A stretch of DNA of 64,000 nt from Anaeramoeba ignava BMAN (GCA_028826165.1 JAPDFW010000094.1:200611-264610), one strand, 5' to 3'. Counted from the first letter of the stretch, positions 11,842 through 25,707 are shown. Program-made: numbers and translations. Notes: a model not told the origin generated them from the letters alone.

Positions 11842-14800
11842 ATGGAAACTGAAAGTAAAATTAAAATTAAAATTAAAATTAAAATTTAAAATTGAAAGTA
11901 AAATTAAATTTATAAATAAATAGTTTGGTATGAATTGTATGATTTACAATATCAACAAGAATATTATCACAGTCCAATTTATCAACGAACACAATGGGAA
12001 AGACCAACAGAAGCAAGTAAAATTTTAAGTGTAGCAGAAGAATTAAGAAAAGGAGATAAAGAAGCAGCAATAAAAAAGTTAGAAGAGTTAGTAAATACAA
12101 TTAAGAGAAAAGAAACAGTAAAATATTTTATAAGTGATCAAGAAGAATTAGAAAAAGAAGAAAAAATAAAAGAAGAAAAAATAAAAGAAGAAAAATTACA
12201 AAAAAAAGAAGAAAAACAAAAACAAGAAAAGAAAAAAATAAAAAGAACAATTACAAAAACAAGAAGAATTGAAAAAACAAGAACAATTACAAAAACAAGA
12301 AGAATTAAAAAAACAAGAAGAATTGAAAAAACAAGAAGAAAAAATAAAAGAAGAAGAATTACAAAAACAAGAACAATTACGACTTCAAGAATTACAAAAA
12401 CAAGAAGAATTGAAAAAACAAGAAGAATTAAAAAAACAAGAAGAATTAAAAAAACAAGAAGAATTGAAAAAACAAGAACAATTACGACTTCAAGAATTAC
12501 AAAAACAAGAAGAAGAATTGAAAAAACAAGAACAATTACGACTTCAAGAATTACAAAAACAAGAAGAATTACAAAAACAAGAACAATTACGACTTCAAGA
12601 ATTACAACAAGAAGATGAAAGACAAGAACAATTACGACTTCAAGCATTACAACAAGAAGATGAAAGACAAGAACAATTACGACTTGAAGAATTACAGAAA
12701 GAAAATGAACAAAAAATTCAACGGAAATCACCACAAAACTTACGGGGCATACCCCCACCTATTAACATACCAAAAGCACCCAGAGGTCGGTCACCAAAAA
12801 GAATCTCACCGAGTCGATCTCTTCCGAACCAAAGGGGAGCGAGGAATGTTTCACCTCGTGGAAGGAAACCCATAAGCATCAAAGACAAGCAAGCGATGTT
12901 TGAACAAAAATCGAGGGCACAAACGCCCAAAGAGGAAAGCATAAAAAAGCCTTTTGATTTCCAGCAAATGAAGAATAAATTTGGTGCTCAAAATCCCCCT
13001 GTTAATGAGAATCAAAATACCCCTTCTTTGCAGAGAAATCAAGATAAAGACCAGAGAAGAAAAACTCTTCCTCCAAGATCAAATAAATTGGCTGCTTTGC
13101 AATCTAAGCTTTCTATGACTTCGCAAATTCAGGTTTCTATCCCTCAACCTTCTAGAACTGCTGAGGATGTTGATGTTGTTCATAATGCTCTTGAAAAAAC
13201 TACTGTTAAGAATCCTCAAGATGATGATACTCAAGTATTTTTATTTTTTGGAATTTAAAATTATTTAAATTAAAATATAAATTAAAATTAAAATTAAAAT
13301 CAAAATTATTTAAATTAAAATTAAAATTAAAAATAAAATTAAAAATTAAAAATAAAATTAAAATTAAAATTAAAATTAAAATCAAAATTAAAATCAAAAT
13401 AAAATTAAAATAAAATTAAAATTAAAATAAAAATTAAAATTAAAATTAAAATTAAAATCAAAATAAAATTAAAATTAAAATTAAAATTAAAATTAAAATT
13501 AAAATCAAAATTAAAATTAAAATTAAAATTAAAATTAAAATCAAAATTATTTAAATTAAAATTATAATTAAAATCAAAATTAAAATTAAAATCAAAATTA
13601 AAATTAAAATCAAAATTAAAATTGAAATTAAAATAAAAATTAAAATTAAAATCAAAATTAAAAATTAAAATTGAAATTAAAAATAAAATTAAAATTGTTT
13701 AAATTTAAAATTAAAATTAAAATTAAAATTAAAATTAAAATTAAAATTAAAATTAAAATTAAAATTATAATTATAATCAAAATTATAATTAAAATTAAAA
13801 TCAAAATCAAAATAAAAATCAAAAGGACAACCAAAAACCTAAAAAACTTAATGATAAATTAAACAAAGATATCCAACGTTTTCAACTTTCTGGTTTTGCA
13901 GAAAAACATTTTAAGAAAAGAAAAAATGGAATAATTTTTAAAAGAGAAGTTCCTGTTAAAAAATTATTATCTTATTCCAAAAATCCAATTAAAACTTCAT
14001 TATTACGTTTACCAACTGTTGAAGATTGTAGATTAGCAGTTGATGCTTTTCGAAGTATAAATTTATATTAAATTATTTGCAATTACATGAAATCAAATTA
14101 CATGAAATCAAATTAAATTAAATTAAATTAAATCAAATTAAATTAAATTAAATCAAATCAAATTAAATTAAATTAAATTAAATCAAATTAAATTAAATTA
14201 AATTACATGAAATCAAATTAAAATTAAATTAAATTAAAATTAAAATTTTTGAAAATAAATATTTTAGATGTCTTGATTTATTGCGGAGAAAGAACATCAA
14301 GATTTTCAAATCCTATTATTGCTCTAACACAAAATTTACAATTTGGAATACGCTCACCACAACTACGTGATGAATTATATATTCAGATATGCAAACAAAC
14401 AAATGATAATTCAAATTCAGCAAGTTTGAAAAAAGCTTGGCAAATCTTTTCATTATACAGTCAAACATTTCCACCAACACGTGATTTTGAGAATTATTTG
14501 ACTAGTTTTCTTCTTCAAGAATTGGAAAAAAAAGATCAAAATGTTTGTGCTCATGCTAAATATACTCTTAGAAAGCTTAAATTCATTTGTACTCATGAAT
14601 TTAAAACTGATATGCCTGGTGCTAATATTATAGAAAATATTGCTAATGAACCTTTTAAACCTTTTGTTTTTGGAGTTACTCTAAGTGAATGTATGGTTCA
14701 TCAAAAGAAAGATTTCCCAAGTTTACAAATTCCTCGTGTTTTAAATCTTTTTGTTGAGAAAATTATTGCTAAAAATGGTATAAATTTTAAACATTTCAAT

Positions 14801-15912
14801 TTAATTTACAAAATATTTCAAATTACAAAATTATTTCAATTTACAAAATATTTCAATTTACTAAATATTTTAATTTACTAAATATTTCAATTTACTAAAT
14901 ATTTCAATTTACTAAATATTTCAATTTAATAAATATTTTAAATTACAAAATATTTCAAATTAATAAATATTTCAAATTACAAAACATTTCAAATTATTAA
15001 ATATTTCAATTTACAAATTATTTTAAATTATTTCAATTTAATAAATATTTTAAATTACAAAATATTTCAAATTAATAAATATTTCAAATTACAAAATATT
15101 TCAATTTACTAAATATTTCAAATTACAAATTATTTCAATTTACAAATTATTTCAAATTACAAAATATTTAAAATTACAAAATATTTCAAATTACAAAATA
15201 TTCCAATTTACAAAATATTTCAATTTACTAAATATTTCAAATTACAAAATATTTTAAATTACAAATTATTTTAATTTACAAAATATTTCAATTTACAAAA
15301 TATTTCAATTTACAAAATATTTCAAATTATTTCAAATTACAAAACATTTTAATTTAATGAAAAAAAGGAGCAACAACACGCGGAATTTTAAGGTAAAAAT
15401 TTTTCATAAATAAAATATTATCAAAACTAAAAAAAATTAAAAACATGATTAAACTTTAAAACAGACCATCACGAAGCACAGAAACAGCAGAGTCTATCAA
15501 AGAAAAAATTGATCAAGGAGATTACACAATTGATGAAGATGATCCAGCAACATATGTGACACTTCTGAAAATGTGGCTCAACGAATTAGAAGAACCATTG
15601 ATTCCATATGAAGAATATGAAAACTTTATTGATTGCGCAACTAATTTTTCCAAACTTAATAAAATGATTAAAAAATTACCTCAATTAAATCGACTTGTTC
15701 TTGCTTATTTAACTAGTCTTTTCCAAGAATTTGCAAAAGAAAAAAATTCTACTCTTTCAAGATTAGATCCTGACCAAATAGGAGCTTTTTTCGGTCCTGT
15801 TATTTTGAGATCTAAAGCTTCTGTTATCAGGGATTATTATCAAGAAAGAACTATTCGTTTTATTGTTACTTTGATTTCTCAATGGAATGTTTCCAAAATT
15901 TTGAACTTTTAA
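11842..15912 (+). CDS. ARHGAP39: WW-coiled coil-MyTH4-RhoGAP protein (ARHGAP39/Vilse-like), 6 exons, one apparent frameshift near 12230-12245
   Basis: Exons 11842-11854, 11924-13234, 13826-14054, 14268-14777, 15368-15392, 15465-15912. WW domain IWYELYD..YYH....TQWERP; DIQRFQLSGFAEKHF; MyTH4 LRDELYIQICKQT; RhoGAP VFGVTL, GILRP, LLKMWLNELEEPLIP. Confidence 0.85.
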
Positions 15913-16700
15913 TTTCAATTTCAAATTCAACTTCAATTTCAATTTAAATTTCAACTTAAATTTTAATTTCAAATTTAATTTCAAATTCAATTTCAAATTT
16001 AATTTCAATTTAAATTTCAACTTTAATTTCAAATTTAATTTCAAATTTAATTTCAATTTAAATTTCAATTTTAATTTCAAATTTAATTTCAATTTCAATT
16101 TCAATTTCAATTTCAATTTCAATTTCAAATTCAATTTCAATTTTAATTTCAAATTCAAATTCAATTTCAATTTCAATTTCAATTTCAAATTCAAATTCAA
16201 TTTCAATTTTAATTTTAATTTCAATTTCAAATTCAACTTAAATTTTAATTTCAAAATAATTTTTCATTTTTCATTTTTATTTTCAAATTTTTTTAATTTT
16301 TAATTATTTTTCAATATGGGAGATGATTTCAATTTCAATTTCAATTTCAATTTCAATTTCAATTTCAAATTCAAATTCAAATTCAATTTCAATTTTAATT
16401 TCAAATTTAATTTCAAATTCAATTTCAATTTCAAATTCAAATTCAACTTAAATTTTAATTTCAAAATCAATATCAATTTCAAATTCAAATTCAATTTCAA
16501 TTTCAATTTCAAATTTCAATTTCAATTTCAATTTCAATTTTAATTTCAATTTCAACTTCAATTTTAATTTCAAATTCAAATTTCAATTTCAATTTCAATT
16601 TCAATTTCAAATTCAAATTCAAATTTCAATTTCAATTTCAATTTCAATTTCAATTTTAATTTCAATTTCAATTTCAATTTCAATTTCAATTTCAATTTTT
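15911..16700. repeat. Intergenic (AATTTC/AAATTC)n microsatellite containing a short duplicate of the next gene's 5' end
   Basis: Seen directly. Confidence 0.85.
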
Positions 16701-16812
16701 TTACTTTGAATTTTCCTTTTTTTTTCATTCAAAATAAAAAGAGGAAAATAATTTTTTTCATTTTTCATTTTTTATTTTTCATTTTTTTGCTTTTTTTAAT
16801 TATTTTTTCAAT

Positions 16813-17786
16813 ATGGGAGATGATGGTATTAGAGCAGTTTTAGGAGGATTTGCTTTTTGTCTTTTAATTGTGTCAATTTGCTTTATTCCTGTATTTTTAT
16901 TTTTATTTTCATTTATTCAAAAAAAATAAAAAAAATTTATAAAATTTTCAATAAAAATAAGTTTGGAATTGTTTGTCTTATTGTTGGAAGTTTTCTTGGA
17001 AGTACAACATGGTTAGTTATTGGTTATCTTATTTTATTCCTTCCTTTAGCTTTAGTTATTGTTTTAATCATTATTTTCTGTTATCGAAAACCAAGGTAAA
17101 TTAATTATAATTATAAATATAAATATAAATATAAATATAAGTATAAATATAAATATAAATATAAATATAAATATAAATATAAATCTAAATATAAATATAA
17201 ATCTAAATATAAATCTAAATATAAATATAAATATAAATATAAATATAAATATAAATATAAATATAAATATAAATCTAAATATAAATATAAATATAAATAT
17301 AATTATAAATATAATTATAAATATAAATATAAATATAAATATAAATATAAATATAAATATAAATATAAATATAAATATAAATATAAATATAAATATAAAT
17401 ATAAATATAAATATAAATATAAATATAAATATAATTATAAATATAATTATAAATATAAATATAAATATAAATATAAATATAAACAAATTTCCTTAAATAG
17501 ATCTATTAGTTACAACGAAAATGATGCTGTAGTTTCTACAACACAAATCCAATATCAACAACCACCATTGAATCAACAACAATATCAACAACCACCAATG
17601 ATGAATCAACAACAATATCGACAACAACCAATAATTCCACAATATCAACAACCACCAGTAAATCAACAATATTTCCAACAACCACAAATGATGAATCAAC
17701 AACAATATTTACAACAACCACCAATAATGAATCAACCAACAGCTCCATTGGAAGAAACTCCAAATCAACAAACAGAAAATAATTGA
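16813..17786 (+). CDS. Small 3-TM membrane protein with Q/P/Y-rich tail, family member 1
   Basis: Exons 16813-16890, 16962-17095 and 17501-17786 are in frame: MGDDGIRAVLGGFAFCLLIVSICFIP|FGIVCLIVGS..RKPR|SISYN..QQYQQPPMMN..QTENN. Confidence 0.8.
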
Positions 17787-18029
17787 AACAATTTTCTTGT
17801 TTTTTCAATTTCAATTTTAATTTTAATTTTAATTTTAATTTTAATTTCTATTCTTTTTGGAAAACAAATTTATTTTATTAAAAACCAAAAAAACAAACAA
17901 GAAAAAAAAAAGTGGAACATTTATTTATTTATTTTTTATTTATTTTTTTGCTTTTTATTATTTTCCCTAAATAAATTTTTTTTTTGATTTTTTTTTTTCA
18001 TTTTTTCTTTTTTTATTAAAATTTTTAAA

Positions 18030-18745
18030 ATGAGTAATGATGGTTTAAGAGCAGTTTTAGGAGGATTTACTTGTTGTCTTTTAATTATCTCCATTTTCTT
18101 TATTCCTGTATTTTTATTTTTATTATTTTCATTTATTCAAAAAAAAATAAAAAAAATTTTAAATAAAAAAATAAAAAGGTTGGAATCATTTTTATTATAA
18201 TTGGTAGTACTTTTGATAGTCCAGGATGGATAATACTTGGATATATTATTTTATTTCTTCCAGTTGGTTTAATAATTGTGATAATAATTATATTCTTTTA
18301 TAAAAGACCCAAGTAAGAAAAAAGCAAAAAAAAAAAAAAATCAATCAAAAAAATCAATCAAAAAAATCAATCAAAAAAATAAAAATTTATTTTATAAAAT
18401 AGAACTGTTATTTATTCAGATGAAGTAGTTATTTCAAAATCGGATATTCCTTATCAACAAATTCCACCAAATCAATATCGACAACCAAATCAATATCAAC
18501 AACAATATCAACAACCAAATCAATATCAACAACCAAATCAATATCAACAACCAATAATGAATCAACCAAATCAATATCAACAACCAATGATGAATCAACC
18601 AAATCAATATCAACAACCAATAATGAATCAACCAATAATGAATCAACCAAATCAATATCAACAACCAATAATGAATCAACCAATAATGAATCAACCAACA
18701 GCTCCATTGGAAGAAACACAAAACCAAAAAACAGAAAATAATTAA
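18030..18745 (+). CDS. Small 3-TM membrane protein with Q/P/Y-rich tail, family member 2 (tandem paralogue)
   Basis: Exons 18030-18107, 18179-18312, 18403-18745. Same exon sizes (78 and 134 nt) and the same C-terminus (PTAPLEET..TENN) as member 1. Confidence 0.8.
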
Positions 18746-18873
18746 AACAAAACTTTTTTCTCATTTTTGATTTGATTTGATTTGATTTGATTTGATTTGA
18801 TTTGATTTTTTATTTTTTTGGATCAAAAAAAAAAAAATAATTAAAATTATCTTTCTTCGTTTTTTTTTCTTTC

Positions 18874-20454
18874 TTAAATATATCGATTTGAGTCAAAATC
18901 ATAAGTTCGTTTGTTTCTTTGATAGTTTTCATAAGCTTCTATAATAAGAATACCAATAATTAACAAATTTCCCAAAACTTCAGGAATCAAAATGGGTAAA
19001 GAAATAAGCCAATAAGAAATACTTAATTTATTATCCCATTTACGCAAAAGCATGATTTCAACAGCAAAAAAAGTAGTACCAACAATTAATTGAATGAAAT
19101 TAAGTTGGTGAATTGAAGAATAATAAACATGAGAAGTTGTAGCTCTGTATAAACAAGCCATTGTAATTCCAATCACAGGAAGAAAGTCACAAATAAAAAG
19201 AGGAATAAAACATTTAGTCCATGATAAATCAAAATTATAATCCACTTTCAAAGAAGCAAGAATCAAGAAAATGGAGAAGAAAATTGTATAAATTGGGAAG
19301 TAAATGATCAACGAAATTGTTGTGAAGGAAAAATAAAACGGATATCGTTTGTCTCGATATTGCTGAAGAATTTGAAGAGTAACTAGAGTGGAAATTAATA
19401 TGGATAAAACAAAAAATGGAATAGCACAAACAAAAATAGGAGTATCTTTGAAAATGCCTTTTTGATCCAATTTTAAACCGCCAAATATTAAAGAAATCAT
19501 AAAAATCACTGATCCAGCAGCAAGTGACCAAAACAAAAAAATATCCCGATCTCCATGTCCTTCTCCTTCAAGTATTTTGACTGATCCAACCATTCCAAGA
19601 TGGATGCAAGTGTAAAAAATTGGTAAAAATGCAACAACCCAAGAAATATCAATTTTATTTTCAAGTTTTAAAATTATTAAAATTAACGGAACTGTCATTC
19701 CCAATATAAAAGCTAATCCCATAACAAATGGATTAAGTACAATTTTGTCTTTGAAATTTGACACTCTATTTTCAAAATCTATTTTTCGCTTGTGTTTTTC
19801 ATACATTTTCTTTAATCCGTTTATTTTCATTGCTTGATTTTGAAATACTTTTCTTGGATCCTTTTCAATTTCTTCTGTAATTTTTTTCAGTTGATTTTCA
19901 TCCACAATTTTAATATTTTGATCCTCAAAATCCAAATATTCATTTTGATATTCACTTTTTTTCTCATTTTGAATTTCATTCTTATTTTCATTTTCATTTG
20001 AATTTTTTAAAAAATATTGACAAATTCCATTTGATCCTTCCATTTCAAAATGTTTTGCATCTCGATAATTTAATTTTAATTTTAAAAAATCCAATTTATC
20101 TCGATATTTTTTTAACATTGGTTTCCAAAGTGACCAATCATTTGAAATTCTATTAAATTGATTATTTACACATGAACAAAATCCAAGTTGAAAAGGTTTA
20201 TCAAGATATTGAAAAATTAAGAGCATCACTAAAAAAATTCATCAAAAAAAAAATTTTTTTAAATTTGAATTTTTCAATTTGAATTTTTTCTTCTTTTAAA
20301 ACAAACATTCATCAGGAAAATTTTCAAAATAATTTTCTGAATTTGGATTTGGATTTAAATTTGAATTTTCTTCCAAATCTTTAAGTTCTTTTATTGTTTC
20401 TGGTTTTAACCAATCTAAATGAAATTCAAGAGTTAGATAAGTTTGAGGATTCAT
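18874..20454 (-). CDS. F-box + TMEM185/FAM11-like multi-pass membrane protein
   Basis: Exon 1 (20454-~20307) and exon 2 (~20228-18874) build the F-box FENFPDELMLLIFQYL..CSCVNNQFNRISNDWSLWK. Four repeats of the type LKLE/LKLD/LKVD/RKWD..W...F.P are typical of TMEM185/FAM11. Confidence 0.75.
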
Positions 20455-20682
20455 ATTTGATATTTGATATTGATATATTTTTTTAAAGAAAAGAAGAAAA
20501 AGAAAAGAAAAAAAATGAAATCTAATTTTAAAAAAAAAATAAATTGTTTTTTAATGTTTTAAAATGTTTTAAATGTTTTTAAAATGTTTTAAATTGCCGG
20601 AAATAATTTTAAAAAATGGAAAAAATTAAAATCATTTTTTTTTTCTCATCTTTTTCAATTTAAATTTCAATTTTAAAAAATA

Positions 20683-22320
20683 ATGGAATTAAAAGTGGAA
20701 ATCAAACAAAATCCAAATACAAAAAATCATCCAGGAGCAAAATACGGACAATGTATGGGAATTTATAAAGAAAATATATATATATTTGGAGGAGTAACAA
20801 TGCAAGGATATGACAATAGAATTTCTGCATATAACATGAAGAAAGATGAATGGATTGAATTAACAGAACAAAACACAGAGGAAAGACCAACACCAAGATC
20901 TGGGCATATGGGGACTTATCATGACGAGAAAATGTATATTTTTGGAGGACTTCATCGACACTTATTTTTCAACGACCTTTATTGCTTCGACATGAACAAG
21001 CACAGTTGGAAGAAAATGGAAACAAAGGGTGAAGCGCCTGAGACGCGCTCTCGATTTGGGTTTACTTACTTCGATTCAAAGCTGTTTATTTTTGGTGGAT
21101 TTCATGAAACAAATTATGTCAACACTCTCTATTCATTGGATCTTTTGACAAGCACTTGGTCGAAATGTGAAACATCAGGCGACACTTTCGTTGAAAAGGG
21201 AGGCTTCTCTACAGCTCTCGCAGAAACAATGGCGCGGCTGTATTTGTTTGGAGGGGTTCGTTTCAGACAGCACGATAACGACCTCTTCGAATTGGATTTG
21301 AAAATGTATTCAATCAAGAAAATTATTTGCAATGGAAATGTACAGCCTTGCCCGCGTAGAAATCATTCAGCGATTGTCTACGATCAACGGATGTTTGTCT
21401 TTGGGGGAAAAACTCAAGATGATGTGCCTCTAAATGATATTTTTATGTTTGATTTTAAATCACTTACTTGGACTGAAATTATTTATGATTCTTCCTCTGT
21501 TGTTCCTAGAGTTGGCTTTGCTATGGATATTGATAAGCGGTTTAATTGCTGGATTTATGGCGGTTATAATTATACTTTTTTGGATGATCTTGTCTGTTTT
21601 AGTTTTCCTAATATTTTCAATGATTCTTTATTTATTGATTTAAAATCTTTATTTATTCGCCAAGAATTAACAAATGAAAATATCATTTCCAAGGAAGGCT
21701 CCAACATCGGTTTCCACTATGTTCTTGTTCACCATCGTCTCAAGAGTCATTTGATTCGCACAAATAAATCTTCTTCTAAATCCCAAATTGAAAAACTTAA
21801 ATTGACAAGTCGTAATTATGACGAAAGTGTTTTGAAATGCTTTTTGGTGTATTTATATTCCGCTATTGTCGATCTTAAAATTTTGCGTAATTCTTTGCAA
21901 TCGCTTCAACAACTCGAAGCTTTGGCGCGGAAGTTCCATTGCGATCCTTTAGTGGAATATCTAGAATTTCAAACATTCCAAAATAATTTATTTGAGTTCT
22001 TAATTCAAGATTTAAAAGAGCTCAAAAATCAAGAAGAAACAAAGGATTTTACGATTAAAATTCCCAATGAAAACAAGCATATTCGTGTTCATTCTTTGAT
22101 TTTGTTGGCTAGAAGTGAACTTTATAGAGGCATGTTAATTAGTGTTAATGATGAAAGTAAATCAGCTCCTGATTTTTCTGGAAGAAGTTTTAAATCAATT
22201 AAAAAAATTGTGAAATATTTTTATACTGGAAAAATCAAAGGATTAACTACTCAAATTCGTGAAGAACTTGAAGATGCAAGTGATTATTATGGATTTTCAG
22301 ATTCATTAAAATTGGATTAA
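20683..22320 (+). CDS. Kelch-repeat + tandem BTB protein (LZTR1-like architecture)
   Basis: Intronless 545-aa ORF with six YIFGG/LFGG kelch repeats and C-terminal BTB (VHSLILLARSELYRGML). Confidence 0.88.
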   Translation: MELKVEIKQNPNTKNHPGAKYGQCMGIYKENIYIFGGVTMQGYDNRISAYNMKKDEWIELTEQNTEERPTPRSGHMGTYHDEKMYIFGGLHRHLFFNDLYCFDMNKHSWKKMETKGEAPETRSRFGFTYFDSKLFIFGGFHETNYVNTLYSLDLLTSTWSKCETSGDTFVEKGGFSTALAETMARLYLFGGVRFRQHDNDLFELDLKMYSIKKIICNGNVQPCPRRNHSAIVYDQRMFVFGGKTQDDVPLNDIFMFDFKSLTWTEIIYDSSSVVPRVGFAMDIDKRFNCWIYGGYNYTFLDDLVCFSFPNIFNDSLFIDLKSLFIRQELTNENIISKEGSNIGFHYVLVHHRLKSHLIRTNKSSSKSQIEKLKLTSRNYDESVLKCFLVYLYSAIVDLKILRNSLQSLQQLEALARKFHCDPLVEYLEFQTFQNNLFEFLIQDLKELKNQEETKDFTIKIPNENKHIRVHSLILLARSELYRGMLISVNDESKSAPDFSGRSFKSIKKIVKYFYTGKIKGLTTQIREELEDASDYYGFSDSLKLD

Positions 22321-22516
22321 ATTTTTAATTAAATTTTTAATTAAATTTTTAATTAAATTTTTAATTAAATTTTTATTTAAATTTTGGATCAAAAAGAGCA
22401 AAAAACAAAAAACAAAAACAAAAACAAAATTAATCAAGAAAATCCTTCTTTACAAAATGCATTCAATTTAGAAATCCTGATTGAATAAAAAATATTATTC
22501 TCTTTTTTTTTTAAAA

Positions 22517-25500
22517 TTAATTTTTTGAATTTTCATTTTGATTTGAATTTTCATTATTATTTTCATTATTATTTTCATTATTAATTTCATTATCATCTTG
22601 GTCTAAATTAACTTCTTTAAGTTGAGAAGAAGAAAGAATTTGGGAAGTTTGTTGAGATAAACCATCAAGTTCTAAAAAGATTTTTAATTGAATTTTTAAT
22701 TGGAATTTTTTAATTGAAATTTTAATTGGAATTTTTACCAAATTGAGTAAAATTAAATAATGAAGATGAATTTTTTCCATTTGGAAGTTTAAATTTAGAA
22801 TCACGAAGTTGATTAAAAAAAGGATGAGCCAAAGCATCAGCAGAACTTATTCTTTTTGAAGGAGAATAAACTAATAATTTTGATAAAAGATCAATTGCAT
22901 CATTTTCAATATTTTTTGGTAAAATTTGTGAAATTGGTTGAGGTTTAATAATTGGAAAATCATTTTCTGGAAATTCTGGATTCATTTCATTTAATTCTTC
23001 TTTTGTTGGTGATCCTAATACTTTCATAATTTCAATACTTTGTGAAATTTTATCTTTTCCTTTAAATAAGGTTTTATTAGTTAAAAGCTCTACAAGAATG
23101 CATCCGATTGACCATAAATCTATATATAATTTTATATATAATTTTATATATAATTTTATAAATAATTTTATATTTAATATTATAAATAATTTTATAAATA
23201 ATTTATATATAATTTTATATTTAATTTTATATTTAATTTTATATTTTATTTTATATTTAATTTTATATTTAATTTTATATATAATTTTATATTTAATTTT
23301 ATATATAATTTTATAAATAATTTTATATTTAATTTTATATATAATTTTATAAATAATTTTATATTTAATTTTATATATAATTTTATAAATAATTTTATAA
23401 ATAATTTTATAAATAATTTAATAAATAATTTTATATTTAATTTTATATTTAATTTTATAAATAATTTTATAAATAATTTTATATTTAATATTATAAATAA
23501 TTTTATAAATAATTTATATATAATTTTTATATTTAATTTTATAAATAATTTTATAAATAATTTTATATATAATTTTATATTTAATATTATATTTAATTTT
23601 GTATTTAATTTTATAAATAATTTTATAATTAATTTTATAAATAATTTTATAAATAATTTTATATTTAATATTATAAATAATTTTATATTTAATTTTATAT
23701 TTAATTTTATTAATAATTTTATAAATAATTTTATAAATAATTTTATATTTAATTTTATAAATAATTTTATATTTAATTTTATAAATAATTTTATAAATAA
23801 TTTTATAAATAATTTTATAAATAATTTTATATTTAATTTTATAAATAATTTTATAAATAATTTTATATTTAATTTTATATATAATTTTATATTTAATTTT
23901 ATATATAATTTTATATTTAATATTATAAATAATTTTATAAATAATTTTATAATTAATTTTATAAATAATTTTATAATTAATTTTATATATAATTTAATAT
24001 TTAATTTTATATTTAATTTTATATTTAATTTTATAAATAATTTTATATTTAATTTTATAAATAATTTTATATTTAATATTATAAATAATTTTTATATTTA
24101 ATTTTATATTTAATTTTATAAATAATTTTATAAATAATTTTATAAATAATTTTATAAATAATTTTATAAATAATTTAATAAATAATTTTATATTTAATTT
24201 TATATTTAATTTTATAATTAATTTTATAAATAATTTTATATTTTATTTTATAAATAATTTTATAAATAATTTTATAAATAATATTATAAATAATATTATA
24301 ATTAATTTTATATTTAATTTTATAAATAATTTTATAATTAATTTTATAAATAATTTTATAAATAATTTTATATTTAATATTATAAATAATTTTATATTTA
24401 ATTTTATATTTAATTTTATTAATAATTTTATAAATAATTTTATAAATAATTTTATATTTAATTTTATAAATAATTTTATATTTAATATTATATTTAATTT
24501 TATAAATAATTTTATATTTAATTTTATATTTAATATTATATTTAATTTTATAAATAATATTATAATTAATTTTATAAATAATATTATAATTAATTTTATA
24601 AATAATTTTATATTTAATATTATAAATAATTTTATATTTAATATTATATATAATTTTATATTTAATATTATATTTAATATTATAAATAATTTTATAAATA
24701 ATTTTATAAATAATTTTATATTTAATTTTATAAATAATTTTATAAATAATTTCTTTACCAATTTTAGTTGAATATTTTCTTGATCCAAAAACTAATTCAG
24801 GAGCTCGATAAAATCTTGATCCAATATAATAAACACTAAACTCATCTTTTTCAATAAATTTTGCACTAAAAAAAATAAATAGAAAAAATAAACAGAAAAA
24901 TTAAATAAGAAATGAAAAAAATAAACTAACCTTCCAAAATCACATAATTTTAATTCTCCATTTTCAGGATTTATTAATAAATTTTGAGGTTTAATATCTC
25001 TGTGACAAATTTCTAATTTATGTAAATAATTTGTAGCTCGAAATAATTGATAAATATAAAGCTAAATTAAAATTTAAATTAAAATTAAAAATTAAAATTA
25101 AAATTAAAATTAAAAATTAAAAATTAAAATTAAAATTAAAATTAAAATTAAAATAAAAACAATACTTTTACAAACGAAATTGGAATTAATTGATTTAGTT
25201 TTCGATATTTTTTAATTAAGAAAAAAATAGTTTGAGGAAAATAATCAAGAACTAAATTCAAAAAAATTTCTCTCTAAATTTAACAAACAAAAAAATTAAA
25301 TTGTAAAATTTTCATTTGGAAAAAAATAACGTTAACAACTCAAAAAGTTGAAATATTTAGTTGATTTATAATAAAATTACGTTTGAAGAAGTTGTATAAA
25401 AATAATTTTGTAATTTAATTATGTTTGGATGATCGAGTTTTTTCATGATTTCAAGTTCCCGGTTCTTGAGAGTAAGTTTTGATAATTAATTGAATTATGT

Positions 25501-25707
25501 TTTGTTTTTATTTTTTTATTTTGGTTCGTTTTTATTGCGAATGATGTTTTGAAAATTTACTTTGAATTTTGTATCTTGATGCACTTTTTTAATCACAATT
25601 TTTGCATTTGAATTTAATTGTTTTGCTAAATAAATTGTTGCAAAACTTCCTTTTTGAATGATTTTAATTGCTTTATATGTTGATTTTTGTTGTGAATTTG
25701 TTGTCAT
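22517..25707 (-). CDS. GSK3/shaggy-like CMGC kinase, 7 exons
   Basis: [11 protein letters not shown]|[75 protein letters not shown]. Confidence 0.9.
23120..24758 (-). repeat. 1.6-kb intron of 12-nt units (TTTATAAATAAT/TTTATATTTAAT on + strand)
   Basis: Almost pure A/T tandem repeat between GT and AG. Confidence 0.9.
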
